DNA of 64,000 nucleotides from Flavobacteriales bacterium (GCA_964230215.1 CAXRGQ010000006.1:174106-238105); one strand, 5' to 3'; shown: positions 37,585 to 46,033, numbered from the stretch's first letter. Numbers and translations: made by a program. Notes: generated by a model not told the origin, from the sequence alone.

Positions 37585-37610
37585 TACTTATAGTCTTTGA
37601 TTTATAGTCC
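37585..37610 (+). promoter_or_regulatory. tandem C-boxes (controller-protein operator)
   Basis: TACTTATAGTC-TTTGA-TTTATAGTC matches the GACTnnnAGTC x2 architecture of R-M controller operators. It lies ~23 nt upstream of the C-gene start. Confidence 0.6.
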
Positions 37611-37632
37611 ACATTTCCTCAAATTTGCAACT

Positions 37633-37869
37633 GTGGAAATAAAATCAAAAATAGGAGCTCGGATCAAAGAATTGAGGGATGATAAGCAAATGTCTCAAAA
37701 AGATTTAGCTTATGCTTCTGATTTAGACCGCAGTTACATTGCAAGTGTTGAAAATGGTCAAAGAAATATATCAATTGTCAATATTGAAAAAATTGCTGTT
37801 GCACTTGGAGTTACATTAAAAGATTTTTTTAGGAATGACAAATTTGATAACGATACAACAAGCAGTTGA
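37633..37869 (+). CDS. R-M controller (C) protein, XRE-family HTH
   Basis: HTH segment MSQKDLAYASDLDRSYIASVENGQRNIS. I prefer GTG 37633 (78 aa, close to the C-boxes). Overlaps the next gene by 35 nt. Confidence 0.7.
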   Translation: MEIKSKIGARIKELRDDKQMSQKDLAYASDLDRSYIASVENGQRNISIVNIEKIAVALGVTLKDFFRNDKFDNDTTSS

Positions 37870-38644
37870 TGGATTTAAAGAACTTATAGAAACTTCAATT
37901 GTTGAAGGTGGAATTAAAGCAAAAGAAGCAATTATTAGGTCATCACGACCAATTAACTTTATTCACGAGGCTGTCAAAGCCGATTTTATTAGAAAAAGAA
38001 TTTCTCCTGATAGAATCCATCCACCTCTTGGAGAATCAAAACCTGAACTTAAATTAGCTGGTTTTATTAAACAGAAACATCAAGATGTTTGCGTTGCACC
38101 TGAAGGATATGTTCCAGAATCTGAAACAATGACTGAAGGGATTTTAAGAGAAGCAACTGATTATTATGGTAAAGATTATACAGAACGTACAATTTCTGTA
38201 AACATTAGAAGTCAAATGAGTTCTCTTGCTAAAAACTTTGACACACTTTATGAAAGAACTATTGCCGAAGCTCAAAACCTGCACGTTAGATGTCAGAAAA
38301 TGGTGCTTGGAGAAGTTTATATGATTCCTGTAAAAGAATATGATGCGTCTGTAATGGATGAAAAAAGAGTTGAATTTATTGACCGAATAGGCGCAGTTGA
38401 GAAATATATCAAATCATTCCAAGCAATTAACGGAAGACCTAATCATGAACGAGAAGATTACAAGTATGAACGAGTTTGCTTGCTGCTTGTAGACTTTCAA
38501 CAAGCACCTGCAAAGATTTATAGTACAAATCAGGAACTTTATGATGATGGACTTTTAGATGAAGCTTCCGATGCCAGTATCGAAGAGCTTTCTTGGGAAA
38601 CATTTACGGATTCTATTCTAAATTCATATAAGAATAGATTCTAA
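37835..38644 (+). CDS. putative restriction endonuclease subunit 1 (269 aa)
   Basis: Lies between the C gene and the methyltransferase. Paralog of the next ORF. Shared blocks: AGFIK.K.QD, GKDYTE, VN(I/V)RSQMSS, RC.KMVLGE, EDYKYER.CL.L.DF. Confidence 0.55.
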   Translation: MTNLITIQQAVDGFKELIETSIVEGGIKAKEAIIRSSRPINFIHEAVKADFIRKRISPDRIHPPLGESKPELKLAGFIKQKHQDVCVAPEGYVPESETMTEGILREATDYYGKDYTERTISVNIRSQMSSLAKNFDTLYERTIAEAQNLHVRCQKMVLGEVYMIPVKEYDASVMDEKRVEFIDRIGAVEKYIKSFQAINGRPNHEREDYKYERVCLLLVDFQQAPAKIYSTNQELYDDGLLDEASDASIEELSWETFTDSILNSYKNRF

Positions 38645-39597
38645 TGGCTAAAAGCAAAATTTTAAGTAAAAGAAAATCTGCTCAACTCGAGAGAGTTAAG
38701 GCTACCGCCCATCATAATATCGTTAATGCAACACCACAAAATATATTGCAGGTTGCTTGCGATAATTTCAAATTTGTATTTGAACAAGCAGTTAGAATTG
38801 GAGGTGTTAAAGGAAAACAAAGTTTAACGACTTCAAGCAAGCACATTAACTTGTTTCATGAGGTGGTGAAATCAGAATTAATACGTAATGGAGTTAGAGC
38901 AGATTTGGTTTTTCCATCACAATATAATTCTACTGGTGAAATAAATTTTGCAGGATTTATTAAAGCAAAAAAGCAAGATATTTCGGCAGTTCCATCAGCT
39001 TTCATCAATAATGAAACCCCTGAAACCATAACAGTTGGTATGATGACAGGGGAAACAGACCCATTTGGGAAAGATTATACTGAAAATTCTCTTGTTGTAA
39101 ATGTGCGAAGTCAAATGAGTAGTATTGGGAAGAACAACGATACTATTGTGGAAAGAGCTTTTGCTGAAACTCTTAATCTTCATATGAGATGTCCGAAAAT
39201 GGTATTAGGTGAATTTTTTATTCTTCCAATAACTGGTTTTAACATGGATGAAGTGAAAAAACATAACCCAGCTTATGAAAGCATAATTACTACAAAAGTT
39301 AATAGTAGAAGTAAAACAACCGCTGAATCAATTGAGAAAACGATTAATACCTATGCTTCTATAAACAACAGAAACATTAGTAATGGCGAAGATTATAAAT
39401 ACGAGAGATTGTGTTTAATCTTGGCAGATTTTAGTCAAAGCCCAGTAAAAATATATAGAAATGATGCTGATTTAATTTCGGATAACTTGTTACCACCAAA
39501 CACTACAGCAACTTTAAATGGTTTAGGTTATGATAGTTTTATTTCAGATTTACTGGCTATTTATTCGACAAGGTTTGGTACAGGTAAGTTTAGTTGA
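38644..39597 (+). CDS. putative restriction endonuclease subunit 2 (317 aa, paralog)
   Basis: Its ATG overlaps the subunit-1 stop. Roughly 35-40% identity to subunit 1 by eye. Confidence 0.55.
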   Translation: MAKSKILSKRKSAQLERVKATAHHNIVNATPQNILQVACDNFKFVFEQAVRIGGVKGKQSLTTSSKHINLFHEVVKSELIRNGVRADLVFPSQYNSTGEINFAGFIKAKKQDISAVPSAFINNETPETITVGMMTGETDPFGKDYTENSLVVNVRSQMSSIGKNNDTIVERAFAETLNLHMRCPKMVLGEFFILPITGFNMDEVKKHNPAYESIITTKVNSRSKTTAESIEKTINTYASINNRNISNGEDYKYERLCLILADFSQSPVKIYRNDADLISDNLLPPNTTATLNGLGYDSFISDLLAIYSTRFGTGKFS

Positions 39598-41438
39598 TAT
39601 TTTTCAACTAAAAATTCGTCAATCTCTATTTTGTCATTAAGACTTTTTAGTAGCTCAATTTCATTTTGAGTGAAATTTGGAATACTAAACTTTTCAATGA
39701 AGTTCTTTTGATAGCAAGGGAAACCGCCTTGAATAGAAACACTCGTGTTACTTACATAATAGTCCATTACAATAGAGTTCAATATTTTTTGAACAACCAA
39801 AATATTTTCTTCTTTTGACATTGGATGAGTTACATCATCAAATAACATTGCCTTATTTGAATGATCTCTATCAAAATAAATTCCGTAACCGTTTGTATAA
39901 TAAGCATCTTCCTCTTGCACAAATAAAAATCTTGGGTGTTTACTAAATGTTGGATTCAATAATTTTTTACCAAATCTTGTAATTCCTTGTGTTCTTCCCC
40001 AGGCATAAAATGGAGTAAATATTTTTTTTCCTTTTCCTCTTCCTTCTAATTTCTCCTTTTCAGAAAGAAGGTATTCGTAGCATTTCGGATATATTATTTT
40101 GAATTCATCCTCCAAAATTGGAACTGCATTTTTCGAGTCTGTTTGATAAGGAGTAATAATTCTTAAAGTGTTGTTTTCAATATCTTTTTGATTTTTAAAT
40201 TGAGATATTTTGTAAACTGGTTTTGTGATTTCTTTTTCTATTAAAAATGTTCCGTTTTCTGTGCTTTTAGTTAGATAACCATTTTTTTGGTTTGCAGAAT
40301 CTATAAAAAAGACTTCATCTTTTAAGGTTGCAATTCCAACAGCAATATTGAATAATTGTTTTATTGGAGTTCCAATATTTTCAATGATTTTGATATTTTC
40401 TTGTTCTTGGGTTTTAAGTAAACGCCATTTATTTACATTGAGGTTTTCTAGATAGTTTGGCGAACCATTTGCAGATATTAAAAAGTTTGCACAAGTCTGT
40501 TCATCTTTGATTTTATCGAATAGAATAGAATCGTTTTTCTTCTTGTCCAAGAATGTAATTGCGGTATAAGTTTGAGCGTCAAAAACCTTTTTATGCCTAA
40601 AATCTACAATTCGTGTAACGCATTTATTTTGCAGAAAATATTGACGAAGCGATAAACCTGCCAGTGATGTAAAGTAATTGTTTGGCGTTATATAGCCTAG
40701 CTTTCCTTCTTTTTCTAAAAGTTTATGCCCCAATTCAAAAAAAGCAAAATATAAATTGAAAGTTCCGTTTTCAATACTTTTCCAATTGTTTATTAAATAA
40801 TGCCTGTTTTCATCACTTAAATCTTGAAACTTGACATATGGTGGATTCCCAACAATAATTTCAAATTTAGTTGACCAATCAGCTTTTAAGCTATCTTGAT
40901 TGAAGATATTAAAGTCAGATTCTTCTATTATCTCATTTTTTAGAAGTCCATAGAGTGATAAAATTATTTTTGAGCGTTTTACATTGTAGTCCAATATATC
41001 AGATCCATAAATATTTTCTCGGATAGTTGCCTTGATACTTTTATTAAAAGTCTTTTGGTAATATTCAGCCAAGCCAATTAAAAATGCCCCACAACCACAG
41101 CTTGGGTCTAAGCATTTGTCATTTTCTTTTGGTGATACTTCATTGATAATAAAATCAACAACGTATGTTGGTGTAAAAAATGCTCCATTAACTTTTCTGT
41201 CGTTTTTAGGAATTAAAAGTTCAAGATAATTCTCTAATAGTTTTAAATCCTTAATCTCAAGAGTTGAAACAAGTAAGTAGATTTCAGACTCTGGTTTAAA
41301 GTCCATTAATATTTCCGAAATTATTGGACTTTTTGTTGAAGCTAAATCATTGTTTTGAAGAAAAGAATAAATGAGATGTTTCTCAACAAGGTTAATCTCG
41401 TGAGAGTTAAGTAATTCATTTATTACACTTTTTTTCAT
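39561..41438 (-). CDS. N6-adenine DNA methyltransferase (Eco57I/TaqI-like gamma class), 625 aa
   Basis: Motif I LDPSCGCGAFL, motif IV VGNPPYV, and a long C-terminal target-recognition region. Convergent with the nuclease genes. Confidence 0.8.
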   Translation of the reverse strand: MKKSVINELLNSHEINLVEKHLIYSFLQNNDLASTKSPIISEILMDFKPESEIYLLVSTLEIKDLKLLENYLELLIPKNDRKVNGAFFTPTYVVDFIINEVSPKENDKCLDPSCGCGAFLIGLAEYYQKTFNKSIKATIRENIYGSDILDYNVKRSKIILSLYGLLKNEIIEESDFNIFNQDSLKADWSTKFEIIVGNPPYVKFQDLSDENRHYLINNWKSIENGTFNLYFAFFELGHKLLEKEGKLGYITPNNYFTSLAGLSLRQYFLQNKCVTRIVDFRHKKVFDAQTYTAITFLDKKKNDSILFDKIKDEQTCANFLISANGSPNYLENLNVNKWRLLKTQEQENIKIIENIGTPIKQLFNIAVGIATLKDEVFFIDSANQKNGYLTKSTENGTFLIEKEITKPVYKISQFKNQKDIENNTLRIITPYQTDSKNAVPILEDEFKIIYPKCYEYLLSEKEKLEGRGKGKKIFTPFYAWGRTQGITRFGKKLLNPTFSKHPRFLFVQEEDAYYTNGYGIYFDRDHSNKAMLFDDVTHPMSKEENILVVQKILNSIVMDYYVSNTSVSIQGGFPCYQKNFIEKFSIPNFTQNEIELLKSLNDKIEIDEFLVEKYQLNLPVPNLVE

Positions 41439-41601
41439 TCTTCTTTCTGTTGACTATAAGTAACAAAATTATGGTTTTTATCCGAGCTATCCAAATTGTA
41501 GAGTTGGGAAAATTTTAGCTCTTTTGGTTTTTTCAGCATTGGGAAAGATCGTGGGCAAAAACCAAATGTGCTAAATGTGCGGCTGGATTTTTTTGCATGA
41601 A

Positions 41602-41651
41602 ACACAACTACTGGGATAAACCCAATTACCACATAAATCTAATCAAAATCC
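41602..41651 (-). other. attI-like half-site 2
   Basis: ACACAAC (complement of site E's GTTGTGT), then TACT, then GGGATAAACCC. ATAAACC is at 41616, ATAAATC at 41633 and CAAAATC at 41644. The first ~33 nt are ~90% identical to half-site 1. Confidence 0.5.
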
Positions 41652-41700
41652 TATCAAGACACAAAATTCATTAAAAATCTATCTTTCAATAATATATCCA

Positions 41701-41888
41701 TTTACAAACGACTGTAAACGTCATTTAAATACTTATCTACCGACTAGTACTTTTCCACTCCCCCATCTTTGCACCGTCGATTGAAACAAAGCCGGCTTGT
41801 GACAAAAGACACTGTGCCTAATGTGCAGAATATTAATAACGAAAACATACATACACATTAGGAAATGTTAAACATTAATTTTTATAAA
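41701..41888 (+). promoter_or_regulatory. conserved ssb leader/promoter region, copy 2
   Basis: Same elements as copy 1. The hairpin is CCTAATGTG (41817-41825) / CACATTAGG (41854-41862), and the substitutions between copies fall in its loop. Confidence 0.45.
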
Positions 41889-42221
41889 ATGAACAACTTA
41901 AGAAACAAAGTACAGTTAATCGGGAATGCGGGAATGGAACCTGAAATTAAAGATGTAAACGGAAGTAAATTGGCTAAACTATCCATTGCTACCAACGAAA
42001 CCTACACCAACAAATCAGGTGAACGTGTTACAGACACACAATGGCACAACATTGTTGCCTGGGGAAAGACAGCCGAATTAATCGAACGTTTCGTAACTAA
42101 AGGCAAAGAAATGGCTATTGAAGGTAAACTAAACACTCGCTCATACGAAGATCAAGATGGTAAGAAACGTTATGTGACGGAAATTATCATGAACGATTTC
42201 TTGCTGTTGGGTGCTAAGTAA
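41889..42221 (+). CDS. ssb: single-stranded DNA-binding protein, short form (110 aa), second copy
   Basis: Start set by alignment with copy 1 (MNNLRNK). Only two aa differ (I>M, N>K) against ~12 nt differences. Confidence 0.85.
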   Translation: MNNLRNKVQLIGNAGMEPEIKDVNGSKLAKLSIATNETYTNKSGERVTDTQWHNIVAWGKTAELIERFVTKGKEMAIEGKLNTRSYEDQDGKKRYVTEIIMNDFLLLGAK

Positions 42222-42286
42222 TTAGCCCAAACTGTTAATACTTTGTTGATATTCAGCACAGTAATAAATAACAATTCTTTAATTCA

Positions 42287-42322
42287 AGTCCTGTTCTGTA
42301 TTATCAGAGCAGGACTTTTTTT
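42287..42322 (+). terminator. rho-independent terminator of ssb copy 2
   Basis: 12-bp stem AGTCCTGTTCTG / CAGAGCAGGACT followed by TTTTTTT. Confidence 0.8.
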
Positions 42323-42970
42323 ATGTATTTTAGTTCTGTGATAGATTTACCTAAACAAATCCATAAGTATATTTCAAGCGATGGCTTACCAGGTGAATCT
42401 GCTCATAAACACTTAATACCGGGAAACCGCCCCAGCGCTAAACACATCCAACAAGACGGAAACATTAAAGCTAAGCGCTCTGCGGTACTCATCCTACTCT
42501 ACCCCAAAGCGGGCGAATGGCACAATGTACTCATCAAACGGCCTGTGTATCCAGGGACACATTCTGGTCAGGTTAGCTTTCCAGGCGGAAAAGTTGAGAA
42601 ACAAGATCCCACAACTAGCGCGACAGCCCTGCGTGAAGCCAACGAAGAAATTGGTGTAGAAATTCAGGACATCACCATCATAGATGAACTTACAGATATC
42701 TATATTCCGCCAAGTAATTTCTTAGTCCACCCCTACCTTGCATGTATAGATTATACACCGGACTTTATTCCCGACAATCATGAGGTAGCCAGCATCATCG
42801 AGTATGAGGTAATGAATCTCACGGATCCTAATCTGCTTAAGAAAAAAGACATCACATTCGCCAATGGCTTTACCATGAATACGCCCTACTTTGATATTCA
42901 TGAACATACCGTTTGGGGGGCCACTGGCATTATGCTTAGCGAACTGAAAGAGATTCTGAAAGCTTTTTAA
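42323..42970 (+). CDS. NUDIX hydrolase (CoA pyrophosphatase-like)
   Basis: Nudix box GGKVEKQDPTTSATALREANEEIGV. Confidence 0.8.
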   Translation: MYFSSVIDLPKQIHKYISSDGLPGESAHKHLIPGNRPSAKHIQQDGNIKAKRSAVLILLYPKAGEWHNVLIKRPVYPGTHSGQVSFPGGKVEKQDPTTSATALREANEEIGVEIQDITIIDELTDIYIPPSNFLVHPYLACIDYTPDFIPDNHEVASIIEYEVMNLTDPNLLKKKDITFANGFTMNTPYFDIHEHTVWGATGIMLSELKEILKAF

Positions 42971-42989
42971 AGAATTTGTACATTTAAGT

Positions 42990-44069
42990 ATGAAAATTGG
43001 CGTTTTTACTGGACTGCTTGTGCTCTTAATGAGCATTGCATGTAACAAAGATAAAGCAGATGACGATGACGATGAACCTTCTGCTGAATGCTCCATGGCA
43101 GCTATCTCAGCGAGCTCAAATGTGATGGGGTATAATCTGCTGGATAAGGTGAGTGGTATTTGGAATGGCCCTGTTTACTCACCCACACCGCTGGGCAGTT
43201 ATCCCGAGTGGATTGTAGATTTCAGACCAATCTCCAGCGCACAGGTTTCGGCTAAAAACGAACTAGATTCGCTCAACGATATTCACATGAGTTTCTTTGT
43301 AGTTAAACATGATTGTGCTTACAAAATGGCCTTCAGAAATGGCGGTGGTTTTGCTGGAAACGTACGCAATTCCTATTTAATTATTGATAGTGTCTCAGAG
43401 CAAAGCTCTCACTCGTTTTACCGCTTTTCTGACCCACAAGCAGGTAGAGACCGCGTATATGCAGATGTGACATTTAAAGACGATAGTTTGATTATGCATG
43501 TGTACACCAATAATTACAATCAATACAGCTCACCACAAACCCACATGCGTTGGACGGCAGATCTAAGAGACTCTAGTTCATGTCAAAACGCAATCAACCA
43601 CTTTAATTTTCCGCAAAAAGCACTAGTACAAGATTTCTCGAGCACTTTTGACGGCATGGATGATGCTATTTTCTTTAGCAATAATTCGGACCCCTACCCT
43701 GAGCAAGATCAACCATATCTTGGCAATACGGATGTAAACATTACGGTCAGTAATCCTGCGACCGTAGATCCGAATAAAAAAGTCTTGATTATTATAAGTA
43801 CCCAGCCACTCTTCAACGGTGGTGTATTTGACCCATCAAAACTGGATTATCGTTCACGTTATGTTTTTGTGAATGCGGCAAGTTCGAACAGCTTCAACTT
43901 CAATTACATGCATCCAGGTGATTATTATGTAAACGCTATTTATGATGAGAATGGTGACCTCAATTTTTCAAGCGGAGACTATATTAACGCTTCCTTTGAT
44001 GTTCCTTTTAGTCTGAGTGCAGAGGGTAACAGCTCAGCCAATGTGAATATTAATTTCCAAATACCTTAA
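42990..44069 (+). CDS. lipoprotein, hypothetical, 359 aa
   Basis: Lipobox LMSIAC followed by an acidic linker. Confidence 0.55.
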   Translation: MKIGVFTGLLVLLMSIACNKDKADDDDDEPSAECSMAAISASSNVMGYNLLDKVSGIWNGPVYSPTPLGSYPEWIVDFRPISSAQVSAKNELDSLNDIHMSFFVVKHDCAYKMAFRNGGGFAGNVRNSYLIIDSVSEQSSHSFYRFSDPQAGRDRVYADVTFKDDSLIMHVYTNNYNQYSSPQTHMRWTADLRDSSSCQNAINHFNFPQKALVQDFSSTFDGMDDAIFFSNNSDPYPEQDQPYLGNTDVNITVSNPATVDPNKKVLIIISTQPLFNGGVFDPSKLDYRSRYVFVNAASSNSFNFNYMHPGDYYVNAIYDENGDLNFSSGDYINASFDVPFSLSAEGNSSANVNINFQIP

Positions 44070-44071
44070 AT

Positions 44072-44488
44072 ATGATTAGAGTGTTAGCGCAAGTTCCGTG
44101 CACTGCAGAACAAGCATGGAATTTCTTTACAGATGAAGCGCACATTTGTAAGTGGAATTTCGCGAGTGACGAATGGGCATGTCCCTCAGCCATAAACGAA
44201 TTAAAAAAAGGCGGCAAAATAGATTGGCGCATGGAAGCTAAAGACGGTTCAATGGGCTTTAATCTTACAGGCATTTATAAGACAGTTGACGTCAATAGGC
44301 ACTTGGCTTACGAATTCACAGATGGCCGAAAAGTTTTCTTAACACTTGAAGAAATGCCTAATTCAACTATTCTGACATGGGAATTCGAACCAGAAAACAT
44401 GAATCCAATCGAGATGCAGGAAGCAGGTTGGCAAGCCATATTAAATAACTACGTAAAATATGTTACAGAACAAGTTAATACGCAATAG
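44072..44488 (+). CDS. SRPBCC/AHSA1-like protein
   Basis: 138 aa. Its pattern resembles the Activator-of-Hsp90-ATPase-homolog-like fold. Confidence 0.55.
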   Translation: MIRVLAQVPCTAEQAWNFFTDEAHICKWNFASDEWACPSAINELKKGGKIDWRMEAKDGSMGFNLTGIYKTVDVNRHLAYEFTDGRKVFLTLEEMPNSTILTWEFEPENMNPIEMQEAGWQAILNNYVKYVTEQVNTQ

Positions 44489-44954
44489 TTTTTTCGGTTT
44501 AATCAGTGGACTTTTAGCCCTTTCTACCGCATGCAGTACAAGCGAAGATGTGGTTTATTCGCAGTATAACCGTGAACTACATCCCACCGTTATGGAGTTT
44601 ATGGACAGTGTGGTTAATGTGGTAGAAGCAGGCGATGAAACCGCCATTTTTGATTTATTGGATAAACAATATGTAAAAGACCAACACGACTCATTCTTAG
44701 AAGGGCGCACCGATCAATTTTTAACAGAGTTACTATGTGGTCAAGCTACAAATGGCAAAGGCTTTAAATGTCCTGGACTCGGCAATATTTCGAAAATGAC
44801 CATAGATAGCTTTGATAATCGGGATGATTACAAATACATGCATTTCACCCTACACTCAAAAGGAAAGAAATATGAAGGGTTTATAACCGTCATAGCAACA
44901 CCAAAAATTGGTGAAGATGGTTATGTATATAAGCTGGTGGGTGCTTCTGGCTAA
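44460..44954 (+). CDS. lipoprotein, hypothetical
   Basis: Lipobox LALSTAC. Confidence 0.5.
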   Translation: MLQNKLIRNSFFGLISGLLALSTACSTSEDVVYSQYNRELHPTVMEFMDSVVNVVEAGDETAIFDLLDKQYVKDQHDSFLEGRTDQFLTELLCGQATNGKGFKCPGLGNISKMTIDSFDNRDDYKYMHFTLHSKGKKYEGFITVIATPKIGEDGYVYKLVGASG

Positions 44955-44957
44955 ACC

Positions 44958-45341
44958 CTAGCTAGCAATCGGAAGTTTGCTAACAATCTTCTCAATAACA
45001 GATTCGAAACCAGAAGTTTTAGAAATATACTCAATGCCTTCTCTCTCAATTTCTTCTCTATGATTGTCAGCACCCGATAAAATCACGAATGGCACGGGCT
45101 GTTCGAATGGGTTGTTGTTGATTTGATCAAATACATCAATTCCGTTATATACCGGCATTTTAAAATCACAAATTACAAGGTCTGGACGCTTTAGAGTGGC
45201 ACTAACAATAGCCGAATCTGGTTCGCTATATACTTTACAATGAGCGCCTAACTTTTCAAGTTTGTATTTGAGTAAATGAAGAACCTCTTCATTATCGTCG
45301 ATTATAATTACGTTGAGCATAGGTGTAGGTTTGTCGTACAA
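44958..45341 (-). CDS. single-domain response regulator (receiver)
   Basis: DD pair at the N-terminus, phospho-acceptor in LVICDFKMP, and a conserved K region. Confidence 0.75.
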   Translation of the reverse strand: MYDKPTPMLNVIIIDDNEEVLHLLKYKLEKLGAHCKVYSEPDSAIVSATLKRPDLVICDFKMPVYNGIDVFDQINNNPFEQPVPFVILSGADNHREEIEREGIEYISKTSGFESVIEKIVSKLPIAS

Positions 45342-45460
45342 ATTAAAGCCTTTCGTTCAAATTTTATACCCTTTTTATGTTAGGAATATCTTAACTCGAG
45401 TAATATTTATACACAGCTTTCATAGTTTTTCACCAATTTACCTAATCTTTGTAGCTGTCT

Positions 45461-46033
45461 ATGAATCAACTGAATGACCATTATTTTCTTGAAGTACCTA
45501 GTTTTAACCTAGGAGATATTCGCTTACGCCAACAGAATGAAAAGGATGCCGCCTATATTTTTCGCTTAAGAAGTGATGAGACCGTAAATCAGTACTTAGA
45601 TCAGGATCTTTTCACTAGCATAGAAAGAGCGGAGGAATTTCTCCGACAGAACTTAGATAAATTCGCTAAAAAAGAAGGGTTGTTTTGGGTGATAGAAGAC
45701 GTGGCAAGCGGTCAATCCATTGGAGATTTCACACTTTGGGATATCGACAGAAAACATTTACGTGCTGAATTAGGCTATACACTTCATCCAGACTTCTGGG
45801 GCAAAGGTATAATGAGTCGCGTGGCACATACCATAGTCCCATTCGCCTTTAATGAATTAGGTATTCACAGCCTTAAAGCGGATATAAACCCAAACAATGA
45901 TAGCTCTCGCAAATTACTGCTTAAGTTAGGATTCAAGAAAGAAGGCTACTTCAGGGAAAGTTATCACTACAACAATCAATTTCTGGACACGGAAGTGTAC
46001 GGTTTGCTCCAAGGCGATTACCAAAAGATTTAA
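45461..46033 (+). CDS. GNAT family N-acetyltransferase (RimJ/RimL-like)
   Basis: 190 aa. Contains W...GKG and SxxLLxKLGF motifs. Confidence 0.7.
   Translation: MNQLNDHYFLEVPSFNLGDIRLRQQNEKDAAYIFRLRSDETVNQYLDQDLFTSIERAEEFLRQNLDKFAKKEGLFWVIEDVASGQSIGDFTLWDIDRKHLRAELGYTLHPDFWGKGIMSRVAHTIVPFAFNELGIHSLKADINPNNDSSRKLLLKLGFKKEGYFRESYHYNNQFLDTEVYGLLQGDYQKI

Larger units (their letters stand above)
41596..42322. repeat. direct repeat copy 2 (attI-like site, leader, ssb and terminator)
   Basis: Partner of 29581-30273. Confidence 0.9.
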
